The position numbers were made by a program, and so were the translations under genes. A stretch of 64,000 bases of DNA from an uncultured Faecalibacterium sp. (GTDB lineage Bacteria; Bacillota; Clostridia; Christensenellales; CAG-917). Under the pieces are notes generated by a model. The model did no database searches and was not told the origin of the DNA. It saw nothing but the letters and a program-made list of their open reading frames with translations. The stretch lies in NCBI GenBank assembly GCA_964495385.1, contig CAZBVO010000006.1:8257-72256 (forward strand), read 5' to 3'. Shown in pieces: positions 1 through 9,880 of this stretch (its first letter is position 1; each line of letters opens with the position of its first letter).

Positions 1-511
1 ATCCGGGTTTTACGGCCATTATTTCTTTTGCTATCGACAGCGCCGTGCCGCTTGGGTAATCGGTTTTGTCTCGGTGATGATATTCGATAATTTCCACGTC
101 GAAACTGTCGTCCAACAGTTTGGCACACTCGACTACTGCTTTTTTTACGTAGGCAATCCCGGGCGCAACGTTGCTGTCGCAAAACACGGGGATAATCTCG
201 GAAGCCGCCTTGATTTTGTCGTAATCGCTTGCGGACAGCCCAGTGGTGCAAATAACCATAGGGAGGCCGTTTGCCACCGCAAAAGCAAGTGCTTCAACGG
301 TCAGCTCGGGCGAGCTGAAATCGACGACAACGCAATTTTTGTCGGGCGTTAAGTTTTTGAAACTCGGACAAACGGGAAAGTCGTCATATTGCAACATAAA
401 CGCTTTATCCACGCCAAAACATATTTTAAACGCTTCGTTTTGTTGTTTGACCACTTTTGCTGTTTCGCGCCCCATGCGGCCGAACGCGCCGGAAAGAATT
501 ATGTTTGTCAT
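1..511 (-). CDS. dapB: 4-hydroxy-tetrahydrodipicolinate reductase, 3' end runs off the window
   Basis: Absent from the ORF track because it is open at the window edge. My reverse-strand translation from the ATG at 511-509 gives MTNIILSGAFGRMGRETAKVV...VEIIEYHHRDKTDYPSGTAL, which is the DapB Rossmann N-terminus and the E-HH-K-D-PSGTA signature. ATGA start/stop overlap with dapA. Confidence 0.85.
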   Translation of the reverse strand, partial: MTNIILSGAFGRMGRETAKVVKQQNEAFKICFGVDKAFMLQYDDFPVCPSFKNLTPDKNCVVVDFSSPELTVEALAFAVANGLPMVICTTGLSASDYDKIKAASEIIPVFCDSNVAPGIAYVKKAVVECAKLLDDSFDVEIIEYHHRDKTDYPSGTALSIAKEIMAVKPG

Positions 512-1389
512 CTGTCGTCACCAAAAGTTTTTAGGGCAGTGGCCAGCTTTTCGGCGTTAATTTGGCTAAGCTCCGAAAGCGGCAGACGCAGTTCTCCCGA
601 ACAAATTCCCCTAATTTCCGCCGCTTTTTTGACGGGAATGGGGTTGACTTCGGTAAACAGGCTTTCTACAACGGGCATAAACTCGAACAAAAGCTCTGCC
701 GCCGACTTAAAATCGCCGTCCAAACATAACCGAGCAAGCCTTTTGACCGTTTTGGGGTAAACGTTGCTTGCCACCGACACTACGCCTTTTGCTCCGAGGG
801 ACATAATCGGTACGGTGAGGCCGTCGTCGCCCGAGTAAACGTCGGCGTTTTTATGGCAAAGGGCGGCGGTTTTTGCAATTTGCGAGACGTTTCCCGAGGC
901 CTCCTTGATTGCGACGATATTTTTGATTTTTGACAATTCAAAAAAGGTTTCGGGGAGGATGTTCACGCCCGTTCTGGACGGCACGTTGTAGACGATAATC
1001 GGCAACGAAATTGCGTTCGCCACGGCCGAATAGTGCGAAATCAGCCCTTTTTGCGTGCATTTGTTGTAGTAAGGCGTAACCGACAAAACGGCGTCGGCGC
1101 CCATTTTTTCGTACCGTCGGCAACCGCGTATCGTTTCTGCGGTATCCGGTCCGCCGCATCCTACAATAACCGGAATGCGCCCTTTTGCGACGTCAAGCAC
1201 CGTTTGCACGACTTCTGTTTTTTCCGTCGGAGTCAGAATGGACGGTTCCCCGGTTGTTCCGAGAACCACAACCGCGTCTATCTCGGCGGCGATTTGATTT
1301 TCGACCAAAGCTCTTAATGCCGAATGGTCGGGACGGTTGTTTTTGAAAGGTGTTATGAGGGCTGTGGCGACTCCCGTAAAAATACTCAT
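508..1389 (-). CDS. dapA: 4-hydroxy-tetrahydrodipicolinate synthase
   Basis: 293 aa, MSIFTGVATALITPF...VLGTTGE...YNVPSRTG...AIKEASG, a full-length DapA-family aldolase. GGGGAGG RBS. ATGA overlaps with both asd and dapB. Confidence 0.93.
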   Translation of the reverse strand: MSIFTGVATALITPFKNNRPDHSALRALVENQIAAEIDAVVVLGTTGEPSILTPTEKTEVVQTVLDVAKGRIPVIVGCGGPDTAETIRGCRRYEKMGADAVLSVTPYYNKCTQKGLISHYSAVANAISLPIIVYNVPSRTGVNILPETFFELSKIKNIVAIKEASGNVSQIAKTAALCHKNADVYSGDDGLTVPIMSLGAKGVVSVASNVYPKTVKRLARLCLDGDFKSAAELLFEFMPVVESLFTEVNPIPVKKAAEIRGICSGELRLPLSELSQINAEKLATALKTFGDDR

Positions 1390-2402
1390 TGGCGATCCTC
1401 CCCGACAAGCCCTTTTTCAAGCAAAAGTTCGGCAATTTGCACGGCGTTGGTTGCCGCACCTTTTCGGATGTTGTCTGCCACGCACCAAAGATTTGCGCCG
1501 CTCGGGACGCTTTTATCCGTTCTGACTCGCCCCACGTAAACTTCGTCACGCCCGGCAACGTAGACGGGCATCGGATAAATTTGTTTTTCGACGTCGTCGT
1601 GAACGACAAGGCCTTTTTGAGTTTTTAAGGCGCCATAAATTTGATCCAGTGAGGCCGCTTTTTCAAACTCGACGTTTATGCTTTCCGAATGTCCGTGATA
1701 GACCGGCACCCTCACCGCGGTTGCCGTTATCGGAAGGTCCGGTAGGTGAAGTATTTTTCGGGTTTCGTCAATCATTTTATGCTCTTCGCGAGTGTAGCCG
1801 TCGGGCATAAACTTGTCGATTTGCGGTAAACAGTTGCCAAATATAGGAAAGTTAAATTTTGTCGGCGGCAAACCCTTTACGCCGTTTTGCAAGTCGTTGT
1901 AGCCGCCCACCCCTGCGCCGGATACGGCCTGATAGGTGCTGTAAACAACCCTTTTTAAACCGAAAGCATCAGCCAGCGGCTTTAGAGCAACTACCGCCTG
2001 AATGGTACTGCAATTCGGGTTTGCTATTATTCCTTTGTGCGTAAAAACGTCGTTGGGGTTTACCTCCGGTACCACCAGCGGAACGTCGTCGTCCATACGC
2101 CACCTGCTGCTGTTGTCTATCACTATTGCGCCGCCATCCCGAAAAAGCGGAGCGTAAAGTTCGCTGACCGCTGCTCCTGCGCTAAAAAGGGCAATATCTA
2201 CGGGGTTGTCTCGTACGGCTTCGGCGGTCAGAGGAATTACCTCGGTCGGTTTGCCGAAGGCGACCAATTTTTTGCCGCCGCTTTTTGCCGAAGCAAACAG
2301 CAAGCATTCGGATACGGGGAAGTTCCGTTCGCTCAAAACCTCCAAAAATTTCCGTCCCACCATTCCGGTTGCTCCTACGATTGCAAGTCTGATTTTTGCC
2401 AT
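1386..2402 (-). CDS. asd: aspartate-semialdehyde dehydrogenase
   Basis: 338 aa. N-terminal IVGATGMVGRKF dinucleotide fold and the IANPNCSTI active-site Cys motif. First gene of an asd-dapA-dapB operon. Confidence 0.93.
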   Translation of the reverse strand: MAKIRLAIVGATGMVGRKFLEVLSERNFPVSECLLFASAKSGGKKLVAFGKPTEVIPLTAEAVRDNPVDIALFSAGAAVSELYAPLFRDGGAIVIDNSSRWRMDDDVPLVVPEVNPNDVFTHKGIIANPNCSTIQAVVALKPLADAFGLKRVVYSTYQAVSGAGVGGYNDLQNGVKGLPPTKFNFPIFGNCLPQIDKFMPDGYTREEHKMIDETRKILHLPDLPITATAVRVPVYHGHSESINVEFEKAASLDQIYGALKTQKGLVVHDDVEKQIYPMPVYVAGRDEVYVGRVRTDKSVPSGANLWCVADNIRKGAATNAVQIAELLLEKGLVGEDRQ

Positions 2403-2571
2403 ATCGACCTCCGAATTTTTGCCTTTGCGTCAACACTTGGCCGACAATTTATTTAAATTGTTCGGCGGTTCGGTTTTTTGGTTGCGCTTTGGCGGATTTT
2501 ACTCTATAATATATGCTGAATAATTGCGTTGCGTTTCACAATAGCAAAAACATACAGTCAAGGAGAATTCT

Positions 2572-3552
2572 ATGTCACAAAATACGGGCGACATCAAGCC
2601 TATATTCAAAAAGCTTACGCTTGCTCCCGAAGAAAGGGAGGAGGACAAAAAACCCGCTTATCCCGGCGGAAGAATGAAACAGATAACCGACACCATGAAG
2701 GCCGAACAATCGGGACTTTTGAAAGTCAATTTGTGGTTGATCCTTTATTTGTTGCCGCTTATTGCGCTGATTATTTACGTTATCCCTATTGCCGTCGACA
2801 AAGTTTCGTCGAGCTATAATTTTATGGGCAATTTGGGCGTAGGGTATCCGGGCACTTCCGACAGCATAATAGTTGCCAAAACCGATATGTACGACACCGT
2901 GGCACAATATTTGTTGCTGCTTATTCCGTGTGGCGTCGTTTTGTCGGTAGGTCTTGCGGGCTGTTTTAACTGTGCAAAAAAATATTTGTGGGGCGAAACC
3001 GTGCTTCCGACAAAAGATTTTTACAGAGGCGTAAAAAAATATTTTTGGAAGTTTCTTGTTTTCACGGTTTTGTCGATGGCTCTCGTTGCGGGCGTCGGAG
3101 AACTTACCGTATGGCTTATGAAGTGCCGTTTGACGGGGCATAATCAGGCAATAGCCTGGGTGCTGACGATTTTGGGATATATCGTCGGCGTGCTTTTGCT
3201 TTCGGTAAACGTGTTTGCAATGCCTATTTCGGTCACTTACAAAATTCCGCTTAAAGACGTGGTGAAAAACGCCGCCATCTTGAACAGCAGGCTTATTTTA
3301 GTGAGCGTTGCAATAGTGCTTATGTGCTGCATTCCTGTAATCATAATGTTGGCAGGAAGCCAAATTTTTATGTTCCTTATGTACATTTTGATGGTACTGT
3401 TCGGGTTCAGTTTCATTATTTTGTCGATGACGTCGCTTGCACAGTTGGCGTTTGAAAACATCACCACTCCGCTTTACGAGGAAACTTTGGCCGAAGTCAA
3501 AAAAGAAACCAGAAAAGAAAATCGCAAAAAACAAAAGAAGGGTAAAAAATAA
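2572..3552 (+). CDS. hypothetical polytopic membrane protein with Lys-rich C-terminal tail
   Basis: 326 aa with an AAGGAG RBS. Charged N-terminal ~50 aa, then about six hydrophobic helices, ending RKENRKKQKKGKK. No family recognised with confidence. Confidence 0.7.
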   Translation: MSQNTGDIKPIFKKLTLAPEEREEDKKPAYPGGRMKQITDTMKAEQSGLLKVNLWLILYLLPLIALIIYVIPIAVDKVSSSYNFMGNLGVGYPGTSDSIIVAKTDMYDTVAQYLLLLIPCGVVLSVGLAGCFNCAKKYLWGETVLPTKDFYRGVKKYFWKFLVFTVLSMALVAGVGELTVWLMKCRLTGHNQAIAWVLTILGYIVGVLLLSVNVFAMPISVTYKIPLKDVVKNAAILNSRLILVSVAIVLMCCIPVIIMLAGSQIFMFLMYILMVLFGFSFIILSMTSLAQLAFENITTPLYEETLAEVKKETRKENRKKQKKGKK

Positions 3553-4271
3553 TGGGCTACGATTTGCTCAGCTCCTACTACGACGAACTTGTCAGGTTCG
3601 ACTACGACGGCTATTTCGACTTTGTAAAAACCTACTTTCCGCAAAAGGGTGCGGCGTTGGACCTTTGCTCCGGTACGGGCACTTTTGCTTTGAAATTGGC
3701 GGAGAACGGCTTTAACGTGACGTGCGTGGACGCATCTTCGCAAATGCTTGCCGAAGCGGCAAAAAAAGCCCGTTCCGCAAGGCGCAAATTGCTGTTTTTG
3801 CAGGCCGACGTGAACGAACTTAAAACATACGGAAAATACAACCTCGTAACTTCTACCTGCGACGGGCTGAACTATGTGAAAAACCAAGCGTCTTTGAAGG
3901 GTTTGTTTGAAAAAATCTACGACGCTCTTTTGCTGGGCGGCGTGTTTGTTTTCGACGTCAGCACCCGACACAAGGCTCAAAACGTGCTTTCGGGGCAAAC
4001 GTTTTTTGAAGATACCCCGACTTACACGCTGTTTTGGTCGGCTCGGGACGAAGGAGAGGGCAAAATAGGCACGGACGTTTCCGTTTTTACAAAATCGGGA
4101 GACGTGTATTTGAGGTCGGACGGTTTTTTTGTTCAGCATTTTTATCCCAACGAGTTGTTTGTCGGCCTGCTTAAAGAGATAGGTTTCGACGTGTCTGTTT
4201 TCGACGGTGAAAAATTTGCCGAAATTACCGAGCAAAGCAATCGCATGCTCGTTGTCGCAAGGAAGGTTTGA
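3552..4271 (+). CDS. class I SAM-dependent methyltransferase
   Basis: 239 aa. Motif I LDLCSGTGTFALKLAENG and VDASSQMLAEA. TAATG overlap with the upstream gene. Confidence 0.85.
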   Translation: MGYDLLSSYYDELVRFDYDGYFDFVKTYFPQKGAALDLCSGTGTFALKLAENGFNVTCVDASSQMLAEAAKKARSARRKLLFLQADVNELKTYGKYNLVTSTCDGLNYVKNQASLKGLFEKIYDALLLGGVFVFDVSTRHKAQNVLSGQTFFEDTPTYTLFWSARDEGEGKIGTDVSVFTKSGDVYLRSDGFFVQHFYPNELFVGLLKEIGFDVSVFDGEKFAEITEQSNRMLVVARKV

Positions 4272-4272
4272 T

Positions 4273-5139
4273 ATGGACGTTATTAAAAAATTTATGTTTG
4301 CCGACGACAGTGTTTTGGTCACGGTCATTTCGGCGAAAGATCTTGTAAACAAGGCGGTAAAAGCGCACGATTTGTCGGCAACGGCAACGGCCGCTTTGGG
4401 GCGTACGCTTATGGCCGGCGCCTTCATGAGCAACGCTTTTAAGGATAAAGGACAAAGGCTTTCCGTTACCGTAAACGGCGGCGGCGGATTGGGCAAAATA
4501 GTGGTTGCAGGCGAGTATGGCGGCATCGTCAAGGGCTACGTCGAAAATCCGCACTTCGAACTTCCGACCCGAAACGGCAAGCTCGACGTGGGCGGCGCAG
4601 TGGGCAAGGACGGCTATATCACCGTTATAAAAGATTTGGGACTTAAGGAACCGTATACCGGCAAAACCGAACTTGTCAACGGCGAAATTGCCACCGATTT
4701 TGCCTACTATTTCACGGTTTCCGAACAACAGCCTTCGGCGGTTGCGCTGGGCGTTTTGGTCGACAAAACCGGATGTACCGCGGCAGGCGGCATATTCATT
4801 CAGCCGTTGCCGGGATGCAGCGACGCCGTTATAACCATGCTCGAGGACATTGCCTCAAACTTTACGCACGTCAGCGAACTGTTTTTAAACTTTACGCCGG
4901 ACGAGATCATCGAAAACTATTTCGGTCAGTTCGATTTGCATTTCTTGCCGGACGGCAAACCGAAGTGGCAATGCAGGTGCTCGAGAAAGCGCTTAGAAAA
5001 AGTGGTTTTAAGCCTCGGACGGGCCGAAGCAGAGGACATTGTTCGCACCGAAGGCAAAATCGAAATAGGTTGCAACTTCTGCAACAAAAAGTATGTATTT
5101 ACAAAAGAGGACGTTGAAGCGCTGTTTTGTGGCAAATAA
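4273..5139 (+). CDS. hslO: redox-regulated chaperone Hsp33
   Basis: Hsp33 fold throughout (ALGRTLMAGAFM, GEIATDFAYYF) with the C-terminal zinc centre CRCS...CNFCNKKY. Start moved from the track's 4207 to ATG 4273, which follows a GGAAGG RBS. Confidence 0.92.
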   Translation: MDVIKKFMFADDSVLVTVISAKDLVNKAVKAHDLSATATAALGRTLMAGAFMSNAFKDKGQRLSVTVNGGGGLGKIVVAGEYGGIVKGYVENPHFELPTRNGKLDVGGAVGKDGYITVIKDLGLKEPYTGKTELVNGEIATDFAYYFTVSEQQPSAVALGVLVDKTGCTAAGGIFIQPLPGCSDAVITMLEDIASNFTHVSELFLNFTPDEIIENYFGQFDLHFLPDGKPKWQCRCSRKRLEKVVLSLGRAEAEDIVRTEGKIEIGCNFCNKKYVFTKEDVEALFCGK

Positions 5140-5159
5140 ACGTCTTTTGAGGTCAAGAT

Positions 5160-6902
5160 TTGAAGAACAACGTTTTACAATTCGACGTGGGCTATGCAAG
5201 GCTTCTTGAATTTTCGCACGCAGCCCGACAAAACGGAGACGTGCAAAAGCAAATTGTGTATTTGCACAAAATTCTCGAGCGTTCGCCTGCGGATTATCAG
5301 GCAAATTTGGAGCTTGCCTCGGCGTATATGTCGATCGGGCAGTTCGGTTTTGCCAAGCAACGTTTGTTCGATATATTGGCATCAGGCAAACGTGGAGAGT
5401 CCAAAATCGACCTTCCGATTGCGGGGTTAGGCGACGTTACGGCCGAAATTTTTTCAAACGACGACGTTTATATGGGGCTGGTTTCCTGCCTGACAGGCGA
5501 TGACGATGCCGCCGCAGAGTTTTACCTTTCAAAGATAAGCGGCATAACTTCGACGGACGATACGCCTAATTCCACAACGTACGTTTTGGAAAAGTATCAA
5601 ACAATGTTCCGATTCGAGGATGACGTCGAGGGGCTTATGTTGGTTAAACCGAGAGGGGACGCGTACTATTTAAGGCTCATCGACGAGGCAAAACGCAAAC
5701 TTCTGGCCGAAGATTACAACGCCGTCGTAGATATGCTTAAAGGCGTCAGATATCCTAAATTCGATCAGGATTTGCATGCGCTTCTGAACTTTGCTTACCT
5801 TGGACAGGGCAACGAAGCCAAGGCGGAAGAAATCATGCGGGACATCGACAAAAACGGAGCACGGTTGCAGGATCTTGCAATGATGTACATGTTTTTTGTG
5901 GTGGAGCATAAAGACGACCGTGCCGATGAAATTTTGAATAAAATCAAGGCGCACCCGATGCCTTCGGACGTCGACACCTTGTTGAAACTGGTCAAGATTT
6001 ATGCGGTTTCGGCCGAACACGAAAAGCTTTTGGCATGCGAAAACGCCATTTTAAAAAAGCAACCGCTTTCGCCCGAGGCCATGCTTTGGAAAAGTCTTGC
6101 TTTGTACAATCTCGGCAAAAAAGCCCAAGCAAAGCAGGTTTTGAAAAAAATCGTTTCGGTTTATCCCAACATGACCGTTGCCGAAAGTCATTTGCGCTAT
6201 CTCGAAGCCGATCCGCCTATGGCGTTTTATACGCAGGGCGAACCGTTTACGGAGTATTTGAAGCACATATCTTTCGCAGATGTATTGCTGTCGACAAAAT
6301 ATGCCGAATGGGATGCGTTGACCGCCGCAAATGCGGATGAAATTATATGGTGCATAAAGTATCTCGGCGCAGAAAGCGTGGAGCGTATTATCGAAAAATG
6401 CGGCACTTTTTACAATGCCGACGTCGAAAAACTTTTTGAAAAACTGCTTACCGACGTTACCGTCGATTTGCAGGTCAAGCACAAAATAGTCGCCGAAGCG
6501 GTCAAGGCCGGCAAAACGAGGTTTAAGGCCGTTGCCGACAACGTTTACAAAAGTTTCAGGCTGACGGGTTACGTCCCGACGTGTTACAAAAAGCAGGTGG
6601 GATTGCCGAGAGTGTTTTTGGATGCGTTTTGCCTGGCGGTGGGCGACGAAGCATTGGTGAACGTGTTTCCGCAAAAATATGTTTCCGCAATCGAGCGAGT
6701 TGCCGCAAGGGCGCTTCGCAAAATTATGGCCGACGGGCCCGAAAGCGGATTTTACAACTTAAAAAGCGTGCCGACGCTGGTGTCGGTGTTCTGCTATTTT
6801 GCCGAACGGCACAACGACGATTTTGACCTCAACGAACTGCTGGACAGCTTGTCGGTCAAACGTAAAACTTTTGAAAAATACATGACGCTGTTTGAGGAAT
6901 AA
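5160..6902 (+). CDS. hypothetical protein with N-terminal TPR-like repeats
   Basis: 580 aa. TTG start 7 nt after GAGG. N-terminal helical repeats (ILERSPADYQANLELASAYMSIGQFGFAKQRL). Remainder not recognised. Confidence 0.65.
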   Translation: MKNNVLQFDVGYARLLEFSHAARQNGDVQKQIVYLHKILERSPADYQANLELASAYMSIGQFGFAKQRLFDILASGKRGESKIDLPIAGLGDVTAEIFSNDDVYMGLVSCLTGDDDAAAEFYLSKISGITSTDDTPNSTTYVLEKYQTMFRFEDDVEGLMLVKPRGDAYYLRLIDEAKRKLLAEDYNAVVDMLKGVRYPKFDQDLHALLNFAYLGQGNEAKAEEIMRDIDKNGARLQDLAMMYMFFVVEHKDDRADEILNKIKAHPMPSDVDTLLKLVKIYAVSAEHEKLLACENAILKKQPLSPEAMLWKSLALYNLGKKAQAKQVLKKIVSVYPNMTVAESHLRYLEADPPMAFYTQGEPFTEYLKHISFADVLLSTKYAEWDALTAANADEIIWCIKYLGAESVERIIEKCGTFYNADVEKLFEKLLTDVTVDLQVKHKIVAEAVKAGKTRFKAVADNVYKSFRLTGYVPTCYKKQVGLPRVFLDAFCLAVGDEALVNVFPQKYVSAIERVAARALRKIMADGPESGFYNLKSVPTLVSVFCYFAERHNDDFDLNELLDSLSVKRKTFEKYMTLFEE

Positions 6903-6904
6903 AC

Positions 6905-7822
6905 ATGGTTAGTCTTGAAAAATTGTTCGGAAACTTTTTGTCGCTTGCGGTGAAGCGTTTTCCGGATAAATACAAAACCCCGACTTCGCTTGAAGAAGAC
7001 ATGCCCGCTCTTTACGAAAAGTGGAAGCAAACGCCGGCAAAATCGCTTGGCGGACTTTCTCCCGTGGAATATGTGAAGGAGCTGGACAAAAAAGGGATGC
7101 TGTTTGACTATTTGTCCGAGCTTTTGGATGCCGGAGAAGATCCCGGCGACATCGTGACGGATGCGGTTTTGAAAAATCCGGATGCGTTGTTCGAGTTGCC
7201 GTCGATGTGCCGAAGCGGCAATGCTGCCAAGGTTGCGTACGCGGCCGAGAACCTCACCAAAACCGAAGGGAAAGAGGCCGACGAGGTGTTTTTGGAAGCG
7301 GCTTCGAATGCCGACGCAGACAAGCAACTTCGCGGTTTTGCTTACGAATATTTGTCGGTCGGCAAAGAACGTTTGATTGACGATTTGTTGGATGCGGCCA
7401 ATGCCTCAGAGGGCGACGCAAAAGACTTTTTGATGGAAATACTTGCCAACTATCACGACGACGGCAGAATTTACTATCAGCTTGTAACGATGCTTTACCG
7501 TGCCGAAAACGTACCTTTATATGCCGATTTGCTTGCAAAGTACGACGATCCGCGCGCAATTGACGTTCTGAAAAGTTTTGCCGAGGAAAATCCCGAAATA
7601 AACTATCAGGAGTTTTTGGAACTGCGCTATGCGGTGGAAAAGCTGGGCGGCGAATGGACTGCGGAAAAAGATTTTTCAAACGATCCGCTTTACAAATTCC
7701 AGCACGACGACTTAAAAACGGGGCGCGAAAACCCGTTGGACGAGTTGGAAGCGGCCGTTAGGGCTGAGACCGCTTATAAGCGTGACGACAACTTAGACGG
7801 TGACGGCGGCTACGTCAGCTGA
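6905..7822 (+). CDS. hypothetical acidic helical-repeat protein
   Basis: 305 aa. ATG lies 2 nt after the upstream stop, so it is translationally coupled. Acidic and alpha-helical in character (DDPRAIDVLKSFAEENPE). Followed by a terminator. Confidence 0.65.
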   Translation: MVSLEKLFGNFLSLAVKRFPDKYKTPTSLEEDMPALYEKWKQTPAKSLGGLSPVEYVKELDKKGMLFDYLSELLDAGEDPGDIVTDAVLKNPDALFELPSMCRSGNAAKVAYAAENLTKTEGKEADEVFLEAASNADADKQLRGFAYEYLSVGKERLIDDLLDAANASEGDAKDFLMEILANYHDDGRIYYQLVTMLYRAENVPLYADLLAKYDDPRAIDVLKSFAEENPEINYQEFLELRYAVEKLGGEWTAEKDFSNDPLYKFQHDDLKTGRENPLDELEAAVRAETAYKRDDNLDGDGGYVS

Positions 7823-7836
7823 ACGCCACAAAAATA

Positions 7837-7868
7837 AAATGACCTCCTGCGAGGCCATTTATTTTTTT
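7837..7868 (+). terminator. intrinsic terminator
   Basis: aaatgacctc/gaggccattt stem (one mismatch), ctgc loop, T7 run. Confidence 0.6.
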
Positions 7869-7930
7869 AACGTGTTGACTTTTGCCTGCCCAGTGGTTTA
7901 CAATTATATTATCAAAGTATGGAGGAAAAT

Positions 7931-8749
7931 ATGGATTACAGATCTGAATGCAATATGGTCCGCAGAGATATAGTTACCTGTATCGGGACCCTCGGCGTCG
8001 GACATATAGGCGGCTCGCTTTCCATAGTCGAGACACTTGTGGCGCTTTATTTTAAACATATGAACGTAGACCCTCAAAATCCTCACATGGAAGGCAGGGA
8101 TCGTCTGGTTGTTTCCAAAGGACACGCAGGTCCTGCGGTTTATTCCATTTTGGCGGAAAAAGGCTATTTCGACAAAAAGCTTTTGCTCACCCTTAACAAG
8201 AGCGGCACTCTTTTGCCGAGCCACTGCGACATGAACAAAACGCCGGGCATCGATATGACTGCAGGCAGTTTGGGACAGGGCTTCAGCTGTGCGGTAGGCA
8301 TGGCTGTCGGCGGCAAAATCAAAAACGACGGAGCCAAAATTTACACCATAATCGGCGACGGCGAAAGCCAAGAAGGCCAAATTTGGGAAGCAGCCATGTA
8401 TGCTGGAAGCAAAAAGCTGTCAAATCTTATTGCTTTCACCGATTACAATAAGATGCAAATCGACGGCACGGTGGCAGAAGTCAACGACATCGCTCCGCTT
8501 GACAAAAAGTGGGAAGCTTTCGGTTGGAAAGTCATCAACGTTGCCGACGGCAACGACTTCGACCAGGTTGACGCCGCAATCACCGAAGCAAAACTTCCGG
8601 GAGATAGGCCGGTTATGATTATTCTCAACACCGTTAAGGGCAAAGGCGTAAGCTTCATCGAAGCTGCCGGCGTGGGCAATCACAGCATGAGCATTTCCCA
8701 TGAAGATATGGAAAAAGCATTGGAAGAGTTGGGAGGTAAGGCATTATGA
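7931..8749 (+). CDS. transketolase, N-terminal (TPP-binding) subunit
   Basis: GHIGGSLS, SKGHAGPA and GDGESQEGQIWEA motifs. I prefer ATG 7931 (GGAGG 6 nt upstream) to the track's 7919. Confidence 0.92.
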   Translation: MDYRSECNMVRRDIVTCIGTLGVGHIGGSLSIVETLVALYFKHMNVDPQNPHMEGRDRLVVSKGHAGPAVYSILAEKGYFDKKLLLTLNKSGTLLPSHCDMNKTPGIDMTAGSLGQGFSCAVGMAVGGKIKNDGAKIYTIIGDGESQEGQIWEAAMYAGSKKLSNLIAFTDYNKMQIDGTVAEVNDIAPLDKKWEAFGWKVINVADGNDFDQVDAAITEAKLPGDRPVMIILNTVKGKGVSFIEAAGVGNHSMSISHEDMEKALEELGGKAL

Positions 8750-9672
8750 TGATGAGAGAAGTGGTTTGCAACAGTCTTATAGACATGATGAAAACGGATG
8801 ACAGAATCGTCGTGATCGATGCCGACCTCGGCAAAGCGGACGGCACCATGCCTATCCGTAAAGCTTTTCCGGACAGAGGTTTGGACGTAGGTATTGCCGA
8901 GCAAAACATGGCAAGCATGGCGGCAGGTCTGTCCGCATACGGGTTTAAACCGTACATCACCACGTTTACTCCGTTTGCTACTCGCAGAATTTGCGACCAG
9001 ATCGCAATCAGTATGTCGTATGCAAAACAAAACGTCAAAATCGTAGGCACGGACCCGGGGATTTCGGCCGAGCTTAACGGCGGTACGCACATGAGCGTCG
9101 AGGATATCGGCGTTTTGAGAAGCATCCCGGACGTGATTATTTTCGAGCCGGTTGACGAAGTTCAGCTTAAAGCGGCAATGCCGGTCATCGACAATTACGA
9201 AGGCGTTGTTTACATCAGACTGTTCAGAAAGAATCAACCTATCGTGTTCGGCGACGACTACAAATTCGATTTGTTTAAGGCGGACGTCTTGAAGGACGGA
9301 ACGGACGTAACGGTGTTCTGTTCGGGAATTATGGTTGCCGAAACTTTGGAAGCGGCAAAACAGCTTGAGGCAGAGGGCATAAGCGTTAACGTCGTAAACG
9401 TACATACGATTAAGCCTTTGGACGAGGAAACCGTTCTTGCGGCATTGAAAAAGACGGGCGCGGCCGTCGTTGCCGAAAACCACAACGTAAAGGGCGGACT
9501 GTTCTCGGCGGTTGCGGAAGTCGCGGCGCAGAATCATCCTACGCCTATCGTTCCCGTCGGTATCCCTGACCGTTTCGGCGAAGTCGGAAAAATGCCGTAT
9601 CTTAAAGACGTGATGGGCATGAACGCTTCCGACATCGTTGCGGCAGCAAAGCGAGTGATAGCAAAAAAGTAA
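8746..9672 (+). CDS. transketolase, C-terminal subunit
   Basis: 308 aa, VGIAEQNMASMAAGLS...FEPVD...HTIKPLDE. 4-nt overlap with the N-terminal subunit gene. Confidence 0.92.
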   Translation: MMMREVVCNSLIDMMKTDDRIVVIDADLGKADGTMPIRKAFPDRGLDVGIAEQNMASMAAGLSAYGFKPYITTFTPFATRRICDQIAISMSYAKQNVKIVGTDPGISAELNGGTHMSVEDIGVLRSIPDVIIFEPVDEVQLKAAMPVIDNYEGVVYIRLFRKNQPIVFGDDYKFDLFKADVLKDGTDVTVFCSGIMVAETLEAAKQLEAEGISVNVVNVHTIKPLDEETVLAALKKTGAAVVAENHNVKGGLFSAVAEVAAQNHPTPIVPVGIPDRFGEVGKMPYLKDVMGMNASDIVAAAKRVIAKK

Positions 9673-9692
9673 TTTAAATCGTCAAACAAAAC

Positions 9693-9726
9693 AAGGAGTT
9701 CGACACCGTTCGAGCTCCTTTTTGTT
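9693..9726 (+). terminator. intrinsic terminator after the transketolase genes
   Basis: aaggagttcga...tcgagctcctt stem followed by TTTTGTTT. Confidence 0.7.
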
Positions 9727-9880
9727 TATTTTGACACAAAAGATTGATATTTTGACACGACGAATAAATTGTCGCATTTTGTAAATAATTTTTAAATAAC
9801 AGCTTAGCGTGCCGTGTTTGCGGTTGCAAAAAAAATCGGCGTGTGCTATACTTTTGGTAACAAACAAACCGAGGTTTGAA

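Noticed and set aside
2403-2571. A possible lysine (L-box) riboswitch upstream of the asd-dapA-dapB operon.
   Set aside because: The divergent intergenic region is only 169 bp and must hold two promoters. I could find only one imperfect hairpin (about 2440-2470) and none of the multi-helix L-box core. I could not run a covariance model, so this is a by-eye rejection.
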